A stretch of DNA of 64,000 nt from Deltaproteobacteria bacterium (GTDB lineage Bacteria > Desulfobacterota > GWC2-55-46), in contig JACRNL010000010.1 of the NCBI GenBank assembly GCA_016234935.1, positions 95,617-159,616 of the forward strand, written 5' to 3'. Numbering within the stretch: position 1 is the stretch's first letter; every line of letters begins with the position of its first letter. Below are positions 55,881 through 64,000 of the stretch, piece by piece. The position numbers and the translations under genes were made by a program. Below the pieces are notes generated by a model, which worked only from the letters and a program-made list of their open reading frames with translations, ran no database searches and was not told the DNA's origin.

Positions 55881-57569
55881 CTATTGACCGCCAGTCCAGC
55901 TATCCTTTGCCTTATCCCACCATATGCCGCCGGAGTTGCCGTAATCATACCGCTCGGCGCCCTTGCGGGTGTAGTAGTACCAGTTAAGGATGAAGGCATA
56001 CGCATAGAATATCGCGGCGCCTATGAAGAACGTTTTGGCGCTGCCGGTCTTTTCTATGGACATGCCGATAAGCGAGGCAAATATAAACGGACCAAAGGCC
56101 GCCCAGGCGCCTGTCCAGCCGAGCATCTGCGCGCCTTTAGCCGGTGAATAGGCATAGACTATCGGATACTGACGGAAGGTCGCAGCGTTGGCTATGCCCG
56201 TCATCAGGAATATCCAGAGCATTATGAAGAAGAACCCTTGGAACTGTCCAAGGCCGGCCGGCGTAAGGAATCCTCCGAATACAAGGGCCAAAACACCGAT
56301 GATCAGCCCTAAAAAACACCAGAACATGCCTTTGCTTCCGCCCCACTTGTCGAATATCGGGCCGGTAACGGCGCGGGAAAGCCCGCCGATGAGCGGGCCG
56401 TAGAAGGCATACGCCAGCGGATCGGGCGCGCCGTCAAAATTGCCGTAGATGACCTTAATCATCAACGGGAAGGCGGCCGCATAACCGGCGAACGAACCGA
56501 ATGACGTGATATAGGTTATCGTGCAATTCCATTGATGCGTGAGCGACCTGTTCTTAGTGCTCAGGATTTCGAACTGCCCCTTGAAGCCCTTGCCCGGCAG
56601 GGCGAGGCTTCTAAGGAATATCAAGCAGAGGATGAAGGAAAAGATTAGGAACGGGACATACCAGAACGCGGCGTTCTGCACCCACATGCCCTTTTTAACG
56701 ACGTTCTTGACCTCTACGTTCACAATAGCGCCGGCGGGATTTCTCTTAACATCCACCGCTATGCCCTCTGTCTTGTTTACCGCCGTAATAGCGCCTGAGG
56801 CGTCCTTCACGACATCTGCCTTTATGGCCTTGACCGTGGCGGTATCCTGAACCACCACGTCCTTGAGCACGTCGCCTTCTTTCTTAACCACTACGGCTTC
56901 AGCGAGTTCCGGTTTGGTAACCACTACGTCGGTAACCACGCCGGCGACCTTCGTAAGCGCTACCGCGCCCTTAATCACGGTGGCCTTTGTGAATATCTGC
57001 GGCCCGCCGACAGCCGCGCCGAGCAGGGCGCCTGTAATAATCCACGGCGTTATGAACTGGACTACACTAACCCCGAAGTTGCCTATGCCGGCCTGAATGC
57101 CCATCGCAAGTCCCTGAAGCCTTTTCGGGAAAAAGATGGAAGTGGAAGGCATATACGAGGAAAAGTCTCCACCGCCCATGCCGCTTAAGAAGCCGATTAT
57201 CAGGAACGTGGCGAACGTCGTATTCAAATCCTGCACCGCGTAACCCAGCCAGACCATTGGTATGAGCTTTATGATGGTCGCTACGCTTACGACCGGCCTT
57301 GTTCCCCATACCGGTATAAAGAAGGAATGTATCAATCTCAATATCCCTGATGCGAGGCCGGGCATCGCCGCGAGCCAGAAGAGCTCCCCGGTGGTGAACT
57401 TGAAGCCTATGACAGGAAGCCTCACCACCACCGCGCTCATGACAAACCACGTGGCAAAAGAGAAAATCAGAGTGAACGTGGTTACGCCGCAGGTGCGCCA
57501 CGCCAATCCACTGCCGGACTCCTTCCAAAACTGCGGGTCTTCCGGCGCCCACTTTGTTATCTTTGACAT
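55881..57569 (-). CDS. narK: NarK-type nitrate/nitrite MFS transporter with a large loop insertion
   Basis: W.PED..FW, LFWL.A.PGL, G.GGG.FSS.M and G..AG.GN.G motifs; downstream of narI. Confidence 0.9.
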   Translation of the reverse strand: MSKITKWAPEDPQFWKESGSGLAWRTCGVTTFTLIFSFATWFVMSAVVVRLPVIGFKFTTGELFWLAAMPGLASGILRLIHSFFIPVWGTRPVVSVATIIKLIPMVWLGYAVQDLNTTFATFLIIGFLSGMGGGDFSSYMPSTSIFFPKRLQGLAMGIQAGIGNFGVSVVQFITPWIITGALLGAAVGGPQIFTKATVIKGAVALTKVAGVVTDVVVTKPELAEAVVVKKEGDVLKDVVVQDTATVKAIKADVVKDASGAITAVNKTEGIAVDVKRNPAGAIVNVEVKNVVKKGMWVQNAAFWYVPFLIFSFILCLIFLRSLALPGKGFKGQFEILSTKNRSLTHQWNCTITYITSFGSFAGYAAAFPLMIKVIYGNFDGAPDPLAYAFYGPLIGGLSRAVTGPIFDKWGGSKGMFWCFLGLIIGVLALVFGGFLTPAGLGQFQGFFFIMLWIFLMTGIANAATFRQYPIVYAYSPAKGAQMLGWTGAWAAFGPFIFASLIGMSIEKTGSAKTFFIGAAIFYAYAFILNWYYYTRKGAERYDYGNSGGIWWDKAKDSWTGGQ

Positions 57570-57791
57570 TTAGGTATACTCCTTTCACTAACGCTTTGAT
57601 TTCCAGAAATTCCGGCTAAGACCGGACAACTCCATGAACTCCAGACCAATGTTGTAACCGCCGACAGACAAGCACGGCGGCTTGTCCATCCGCACAACAG
57701 CCCCCCGGCGCCGCACCGCGCCGGTCGGATTATCCGGTTGCGGCCTTGCTTCAGGGCTTGCTGACATTTGTCATGTTGACGACATTCAGAC

Positions 57792-57835
57792 AAAAAAAAG
57801 GGGGGGAGTGGGAGAGACCCCCACCCCCCCTTTTT
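57792..57835 (-). terminator. Terminator-like hairpin after narI
   Basis: aaaaaggggggg.gtggg...cccacccccccttttt. Confidence 0.6.
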
Positions 57836-57836
57836 C

Positions 57837-58538
57837 TCACTTGTACTGAACGATATTCTCGGTCTTGGGGTTCCTGTGATACCACCTTACGACCTGATAC
57901 GGCCTTACGAGATACTTGTACGGATTGATGACCACAAAGTGCACGAGCCTTGAGAACGGGATGAATCCGATGAATATCATCGCGTTGAAGATATGTATCT
58001 TGGTATTAAGCGGCAAGTTCCTGACGAAGTCAACGTTCGGGTTGAACTTCAGGATTGACCACATCCACGGAACCGCGGCCGCCGCGTACCAGTTTGACCC
58101 CCATCTGTAGAAGATCGCGTTGCCGAGGCCGGTGACCACCTGGATGATGAGGATGATAAGGATAAGCACGTCCCATGACGAAGTCATGGTCTTTACCCTT
58201 GCGTTGGTGATCCTTCTGTATATAAGGGCCAGAAGGCCGAACAGCGCTAAAAAGCCCAGAGCAAGACCGACAAGCTCCAGGAGATACAGCCGTGCCGGCG
58301 CGCCGTTCCACGCGAACACAAGGCTCGGTATGAGGAACGCTATGAAATGGCCGACAAGAATCGTTATGATTCCATAGTGCCACGGGAAGGAGCCGAAAAA
58401 CAGCGTCCTGTTCTCAAGGAACTGCGACGACTGCGTCGACCATGAGTATCTGTTCGTAGAAAATCTCCAGAACAGCCCGACGACGGCTATCGTCAGGAGC
58501 ACATACGGAGCTGCGCCGAAAAAGATTTGATCCGCCAT
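57837..58538 (-). CDS. narI: Respiratory nitrate reductase gamma subunit
   Basis: PY, W...SSQFLE, heme-ligating His (WHYG, GH, IH), PFSRLVH and Y..RPYQ motifs. Confidence 0.95.
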   Translation of the reverse strand: MADQIFFGAAPYVLLTIAVVGLFWRFSTNRYSWSTQSSQFLENRTLFFGSFPWHYGIITILVGHFIAFLIPSLVFAWNGAPARLYLLELVGLALGFLALFGLLALIYRRITNARVKTMTSSWDVLILIILIIQVVTGLGNAIFYRWGSNWYAAAAVPWMWSILKFNPNVDFVRNLPLNTKIHIFNAMIFIGFIPFSRLVHFVVINPYKYLVRPYQVVRWYHRNPKTENIVQYK

Positions 58539-58540
58539 TA

Positions 58541-59092
58541 TTAAGCCTCCTTAACGTCTTTTTCCAAGACTCGGTAGATTGAGTTGATTAGATGTTTATA
58601 CATGCTGCCCTTACTTCTTTCGAAGTTCTTTCGAAGCTTCTCAAGAGCCATGATCACGAAGGTCTGACGAAGATCCTTCTTCAACTCCTCGTTCTGTGAA
58701 AACCCGAGGAAGTTAAGCATTACCGTAAGACGGTCAGGAAGCTCTCCCTTTGCTATCTCCGCAAACGGAAAGCCGCTTTCCCTGTACATTGCCTTCAAGG
58801 TAGCCAGCATGTTGGCCCGCTTGAACCCTTCAAACATATGCGAGCCGAGATCCAGCGTGAATTCGCTTGAGAGCTCGAAGGTGTAGGAATACACCCCCTG
58901 GAGGTCATCCAGGGGGGTATTTTCCACTTCCATTAAAAAAAGCTTCAGCTCATCAGCCGCCTCTGGAGGAGCCGCAGGGTCTGACGAGAGTGTTTTCAGG
59001 CACTCTTCGACCTTCAGCTTTATATCCTCCTTCGGATATTCCAGCAGATCCGCAAGCTGGGTGTACAGGTTTTTTTCCCTGACGCTCGTCAT
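58541..59092 (-). CDS. narJ: Nitrate reductase chaperone
   Basis: LLEYP, Q..Y..TF, Y...G and ELPD.L...L motifs; between narH and narI. Confidence 0.88.
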   Translation of the reverse strand: MTSVREKNLYTQLADLLEYPKEDIKLKVEECLKTLSSDPAAPPEAADELKLFLMEVENTPLDDLQGVYSYTFELSSEFTLDLGSHMFEGFKRANMLATLKAMYRESGFPFAEIAKGELPDRLTVMLNFLGFSQNEELKKDLRQTFVIMALEKLRKNFERSKGSMYKHLINSIYRVLEKDVKEA

Positions 59093-59097
59093 CGGTA

Positions 59098-60621
59098 TTA
59101 CCACTGTCTCCCGGTGATGATCTCCCTCTTCTTCGTGCCAAAGCCTACGGTTCCCCTCTTCTCGTACATTGTCCTCGGGTCAACCGTGGTCTGAGCTTCG
59201 CGATGGGTCTCAGGTATTACGAACCTCTCCTGGAAGGTTCCAAGGGTAAGCACCCTGTAGATGTCCTCGCAGTCCTTCGGCGTAAGGCCGACTGCCGAGA
59301 GGGCGGACTTTACCGCGGCGTCGCCCACGTCGCCGATCCTCTGCTGGCGGACATAGAGCCTGACGGCCATCTGCTTCTTGAGGGACTCGATGACCACCTG
59401 CTCGTTGCCTGCTGAGAGGAAGTTCGCAAGGAACCTTACGGGAACCCTCATCTTGTCAATCTCGGTGAAGAACTCCGTTGATACCGGGTCAAACATGCCG
59501 CCCCCGTCCGCCTTTGCATTATGCAGAATCGGCGACAGCGGCGGGATGTAGAAGTTCATCGGAAGAGTCCTGAACTCAGGGTGGTTCGGCATCCCTATGC
59601 GCCACTTCTTGAAGATGTTGTACGCCGGGGACTGCTGCGCCGCGTTGATCCAGTTCTCGTCTATGCCGGCCTTCTTGGCTTCTTCAACTACCCTGGGGTC
59701 GTTGGGGTCAAGGATTATTTCCCTCATCGCCTCGACGAGTCTCTCGTCCGGCGACTTCGCGACCTCTTCTATCCTGTCGGCGTCGTAGAAGAGCACGCCC
59801 ACGAACCTGATCCTTCCGGTGCACGCATGCGCGCATGCGTTGGCCTGGCCGGTCTCGGTCCTTGGGTAACAGAATATGCACTTCTCGGACTTGCCGGTCG
59901 CCCAGTTGTAGTAGGGCTTCTTGAACGGGCACGCGCTGACGCAGAAGCGCCACGCGCGGCATGTGTCCTGGTCAATGAGGACTATGCCGTCCTCGCCCCT
60001 CTTGTATATGGCCCCTGAAGGACAGGAGGCTACGCACGCAGGGTTGAGGCAATGGTTGCATATCCTCGGAAAATAGAAGAAGAAGAGCTTGTGGAACTTG
60101 GTGAGGAGCTCCTTCTGCGAGTCCGAAAGGCCCTTGAGGTTCGGGTCGTTCGCCGCATAAAGGGGTGATCCCGCCATGTCGTCGTCCCAGTTCGGGCCCA
60201 GAGCTATCTTCTCCATGAAGTCGCCTGTGATGAGCGACTTGGCCCTTGCGGTCGGCTGATCGTCGCTGGCCGGGGCGTTGAAGAGGTTCTGATAGTCGTA
60301 CGTAAACGGCTCATAGTAGTCGTCTATGGTCGGCAGGTTCGGCTGAAAGAAGATGTTCGCAAGGGTCCTGATCTTGCCGGGTCCCTTGAGGAGCTTCAGC
60401 CTCAGGCTGCCGCCGGAGACTTCCCATCCGCCGCGATATCTTTCCTGGTCTTCCCAGGTAAGCGGATATCCCGCGCCCGGTTTGGTCTCTACGTTATTCC
60501 ACCACATGTATTCGGCGCCTCTCCTAGTCGTCCACACGTTCTTGCAGGACACGCTGCAGGTGTGGCAGCCGATACACTTGTCCATATGAAAACTCATTGA
60601 AAGCTGGGCTCTAATGTCCAT
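59098..60621 (-). CDS. narH: Nitrate reductase beta subunit
   Basis: DKCIGCHTCSV.CKN, WNNVETKPG, CNHCLNPACVASCP and CRAWR.C motifs. Confidence 0.97.
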   Translation of the reverse strand: MDIRAQLSMSFHMDKCIGCHTCSVSCKNVWTTRRGAEYMWWNNVETKPGAGYPLTWEDQERYRGGWEVSGGSLRLKLLKGPGKIRTLANIFFQPNLPTIDDYYEPFTYDYQNLFNAPASDDQPTARAKSLITGDFMEKIALGPNWDDDMAGSPLYAANDPNLKGLSDSQKELLTKFHKLFFFYFPRICNHCLNPACVASCPSGAIYKRGEDGIVLIDQDTCRAWRFCVSACPFKKPYYNWATGKSEKCIFCYPRTETGQANACAHACTGRIRFVGVLFYDADRIEEVAKSPDERLVEAMREIILDPNDPRVVEEAKKAGIDENWINAAQQSPAYNIFKKWRIGMPNHPEFRTLPMNFYIPPLSPILHNAKADGGGMFDPVSTEFFTEIDKMRVPVRFLANFLSAGNEQVVIESLKKQMAVRLYVRQQRIGDVGDAAVKSALSAVGLTPKDCEDIYRVLTLGTFQERFVIPETHREAQTTVDPRTMYEKRGTVGFGTKKREIITGRQW

Positions 60622-63600
60622 TACCACTTCACCTCCTGGTTTCTCATTTTTCTAACCAGCACTGTCGTATCCCTGATGATCGGGATCGGGCCCCAGCCGT
60701 TGAAGGCGTAGGAGAACTGCCCGTAGCCGCCGGTCATGAGCGTCGGTTTGAGACGCTGACGGGTCAAGCTGTTGTGGAAGCCGCCGCGGATCTTGTTCCT
60801 CTGCTCCGCCTTCGGGATGTTGACCGTCCTCTCCTGAGAGTGGTAGGCAAAGGCCGTTCCCGACGGTATCCTGGCGCTGACGACCGCGCGGCATACGAAG
60901 ATACCGTTGTCGTTGTAAGCCTCTATCCAGTCATTGTCCCTGATGCCTACGCTCTCCGCGTCCTTGTCATTCACCCAGCAGGAGTTGCCGCCGCGTGAAA
61001 GCGTGAGCATCCTGAGGTTGTCATAGTGAGTGGAATGGATCGCCCACTTTGAATGAGGCGTGATGTAGTTAAGCTGAAGGGCGTCCGTCTTGTCGCTCTT
61101 CTGGAGTTCGTTCATCTTGGCGGGGTTGAGCTTATACTTGCTCGTGCACAGACCCTCGCCAAACTGGAGGAATACCGGGTGATCCAGATAGAAGTGCTGC
61201 CTTCCGGTCAGCGTCCTCCACGGAACCCTTCTCTCGGTCTGGATGGTCCATGTGCCGTAGGCCCTGCCCCTTCTGTTGTCGCCTGTCCAGAGGGCGCTGG
61301 TTAGCCACCTTCTCGGCTGGGCAACGATGTCGTCGTACGTGATGGAGAAGTTCCTGTCCGGGCCGGCGATCTCTTCCGCGAGGCCGTGGCAGTGGTCCCT
61401 GAACTCTACTTCATCACCGTAGATTGCCTTAACGGCCTTCTTGGCGTCCTCATAGCTATCGCCATGCAGACCGGTGTGGTGCTCTTCCTCATGCCACTGC
61501 CTGTAGGAGACCTCGCCGTTCGTCGTGCCGGAGAAGGCCATGACGAAGTTTGCGGCTTCCTTCGCGGTCTTCAGGGAGATGAGCTTCTGACCGTTGACTT
61601 CAACGGAATCAACATGCTCTTGGCTGACATACTGCTCGTAGAGGTCCTTGCCGTCGAGCATGATGCCGTGGAAGCCGTATTTGGTCTTCATGAGCGGCCC
61701 GACGGAGATGTACTGATTGTAGACGTTGGCATAATCCCTCTCGACGACCGACAGCGTCGGCATCGTCTTTCCAGGGATTGCCTCGCACTGTCCCTTCTTC
61801 CAGTCCTTTACGCCGCCAAGGGCTGACTGGGCTATTTCGCCGGGGGTATCATGGTTGAGCGGAGCGGACATGATTTCCTTGACCGGACGCGGGAAGTGCT
61901 TCTTGGCGAGCTCGGCGAACTTCTGCGCCACCATCTTGAATGCGTCCCAATCGCTCTTGGATTCCCAGTTCGGTTGAACCGCCGCGCCCATGGGATGAAT
62001 GAAGGAATGAAGCTCCGTCGTGTTGATGTCTTCCTTTTCATACCAGTGCGCCGCCGGGAATACCATGTCGCAATAGGTCGGCGTGGTGTTCATACGCATG
62101 TTGAAGTCGCAAAGGAGGTCGAGCTTTCCAAGCGGCGACTCCCTGTGCTTTATCTCTTTCAGATAAGGCTTTGCGACCTCTTCGGCGATAGTGTTGTGGT
62201 GCGTTCCGAGGAGATACTTGAAGAAGAACTCCTGGCCCCTTGCGCTGGAACCAAGGGCGTTTGCGCGCCATATCGTCCAGACTCTCGGCCAGTTCTCAGG
62301 AGCGTCAGGGTCGGCGATGGCAAAATCAATCGTGCCGCCCTTTATCTGCTTCACGGTATAGTCGACTATCTCAGCGTCGGTCTTTGCGCCGGACTTCTGC
62401 GCATCTTCAACAATGGCTATGTTGCTCTTGTTGAACTGCGGATATCCGGGCATCCAGCCGAGTCTGATCGCCCTTACCGCGTAATCGGCGGTGTGCTGAT
62501 ACTCAAGCGCGCTCTTGTCCGGCACGTTGCAGTAGTCACCTATGGCGCCGTCGTACTTGTACATCTGGGTGTGGACGTACCAGTTGATCGGGTTGGACAT
62601 GAGTCTCGGCGGCCTGTACCAGTCAAGAGAATGTGCAATCTGGCCCCATGAATCGAACGGAGCGAGCTTTTCCTGACCGACGTAATGCTGGAGACCGCCG
62701 CCGTTCCTTCCGACGCAGCCGCACAGCATCAGCGCGTTCATGGACGCTCTGTACATAAGGTCGGAGTGGTACCAGTGGTTGAAGCTGGCGCCGCAGATGA
62801 CCATGGAACGGCCCTTGGTGACCTCCGCGTTGTTTGACCACTCGCGGCCGATCTGGATGATGGTGTCTCTTCCGATGCCGGTGTACTTCTCCTGCCATGA
62901 CGGCGAGAAGCCCCTGTCATCATCGTAGTTCCTGCAGTAGTCGCCGGAAAGACCCTTCCTGCCTACGCCGCAATGGGCGATGTTCAGGTCGAATACCGTC
63001 GTTACCGGGATCTTGCCTTCCTTGCTCTCGACATACTTTACAGGCACCTGCCTCTTGTACTTCTCGCCCTTGTCGACCTCGTAGAAGTTGACCTCGATGG
63101 CGTCGTCCTTTATGTCAAGAAGCGTCAGCTCGCAGTCGAAGTTCTCGCCGGTCTTGCCGTCCTTCAGAAGCGTGTTCCACTTGCCGTGGCTCTCGTGCTT
63201 CTGCGGATAGCGGTAGCCCATGCCGCCGTTTACGACGCGTGCCTTGCCCTTCTTGTCCCACATGGTGAACTTCCACTCGGCGTTGTCCTCGTCGGAATAG
63301 CCGGCGAGGTCGGACGCGCGAAGAAGCCTGCCCATTTCATAGCCGTCCTTGCCCTTCTCAAGCTTTACCAGATGCGGAAGGTCGGTGTAGTTCTTCGAAT
63401 ACTCCATGAAGTACGGAACCTGCCTGTCAACATAGAACTCCTTCAGGATGACATGATTGATGGCCATCCAGAAAGCGGCGTCGGAACCGGCACGGAGAGG
63501 AACCCACTGGTCGGCGTACTTAGTGACCTGTGAATAGTCCGGCGCGCATACTACGAGCTTGGTTCCGCCCTGCCTCATCTCGGAAACGAAGTGGCAATCG

Positions 63601-64000
63601 GCTGTCCTTGTCATGTTCGGGTTTGCGCCGGACATAACGGTGTAGCCGGAGTTGTACCAGTCCGCGCTCTCGCAGGAGTCGGTCTGCTCGCCCCAGACTT
63701 CGGGTTCCGCGGGCGGAAGGTCGGTGTAATAGTCATAGAAGCTCAGATGCACTCCGCCGATGAGCTGGTTGTAGCGCGCGCCTGAGGCATAGCTGATCTG
63801 CGACATGGCAGGGATCGGCGAAAACGCGATGATCCTGTCCGGTCCGTACTTCTTTATGGTATAGATCTGAGCGGCGGTGAGTATCTCTACGCCGGTTTCC
63901 CAGTCGAATCTTCTGAAACCGCCTTTGCCCCTTGACCACTTGATCTTCTTGTGAAGCTCCGCATCCTCGACGATGCTCCTCCATGCGTCGACCGGATCGG
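60621..64000 (-). CDS. narG: Nitrate reductase alpha subunit (5' end outside the window)
   Basis: The frame stays open to the window edge (..RGKGGF..YGPDR..FSPIPAMS). Also DLPPA.P..WGEQTD, HYVGQEK, TLTGRQ and TPH.KW.IHS motifs. Confidence 0.96.
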   Translation of the reverse strand, partial: DPVDAWRSIVEDAELHKKIKWSRGKGGFRRFDWETGVEILTAAQIYTIKKYGPDRIIAFSPIPAMSQISYASGARYNQLIGGVHLSFYDYYTDLPPAEPEVWGEQTDSCESADWYNSGYTVMSGANPNMTRTADCHFVSEMRQGGTKLVVCAPDYSQVTKYADQWVPLRAGSDAAFWMAINHVILKEFYVDRQVPYFMEYSKNYTDLPHLVKLEKGKDGYEMGRLLRASDLAGYSDEDNAEWKFTMWDKKGKARVVNGGMGYRYPQKHESHGKWNTLLKDGKTGENFDCELTLLDIKDDAIEVNFYEVDKGEKYKRQVPVKYVESKEGKIPVTTVFDLNIAHCGVGRKGLSGDYCRNYDDDRGFSPSWQEKYTGIGRDTIIQIGREWSNNAEVTKGRSMVICGASFNHWYHSDLMYRASMNALMLCGCVGRNGGGLQHYVGQEKLAPFDSWGQIAHSLDWYRPPRLMSNPINWYVHTQMYKYDGAIGDYCNVPDKSALEYQHTADYAVRAIRLGWMPGYPQFNKSNIAIVEDAQKSGAKTDAEIVDYTVKQIKGGTIDFAIADPDAPENWPRVWTIWRANALGSSARGQEFFFKYLLGTHHNTIAEEVAKPYLKEIKHRESPLGKLDLLCDFNMRMNTTPTYCDMVFPAAHWYEKEDINTTELHSFIHPMGAAVQPNWESKSDWDAFKMVAQKFAELAKKHFPRPVKEIMSAPLNHDTPGEIAQSALGGVKDWKKGQCEAIPGKTMPTLSVVERDYANVYNQYISVGPLMKTKYGFHGIMLDGKDLYEQYVSQEHVDSVEVNGQKLISLKTAKEAANFVMAFSGTTNGEVSYRQWHEEEHHTGLHGDSYEDAKKAVKAIYGDEVEFRDHCHGLAEEIAGPDRNFSITYDDIVAQPRRWLTSALWTGDNRRGRAYGTWTIQTERRVPWRTLTGRQHFYLDHPVFLQFGEGLCTSKYKLNPAKMNELQKSDKTDALQLNYITPHSKWAIHSTHYDNLRMLTLSRGGNSCWVNDKDAESVGIRDNDWIEAYNDNGIFVCRAVVSARIPSGTAFAYHSQERTVNIPKAEQRNKIRGGFHNSLTRQRLKPTLMTGGYGQFSYAFNGWGPIPIIRDTTVLVRKMRNQEVKW

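Overview
A 64 kb chromosomal window from a moderately GC-rich bacterium. The gene order pgpA-cinA-thpR-recA-pilT-recX-alaS is of the Deltaproteobacteria/Desulfobacterota type (inference from synteny). It is mostly housekeeping: mreBCD-mrdA-rodA, the recA region, alaS, bamD, gltX, cheA/cheW, two-subunit pyruvate carboxylase, an MCP, selD (with an in-frame UGA read as Sec) and selB, a two-gene group 3b-like [NiFe]-hydrogenase, the nrdR-rib-nusB operon, HU, tRNA-Ala(GGC), and narK with narGHJI (narG runs off the end). Small accessory patches lie around alaS (caspase-like lipoprotein, HEAT protein, gene fragments, hicAB). The most unusual signal is a dispersed micro-insertion of net 18 bp with the form S-L-revcomp(S)-L'-S, where S is a local 4-mer (GGGG/CCCC, AGGG/CCCT or GGAG/CTCC) and L is usually TTGAA, TTCAA, CTGAG or CTCAG. 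I count about 25 loci by eye. The units occur singly, in tandem and nested. Many are in frame inside core genes (recX, nusB, ribE, selB, cheA, mrdA, a DegT aminotransferase, the hydrogenase small subunit), and one uses the first GGGG of tRNA-Ala. Other features are several REP/MITE-like palindrome families at gene-truncation points, a 39-bp tandem array fused to the tRNA terminator, and an amber codon splitting mreB. All protein calls come from motif recognition, not database searches.
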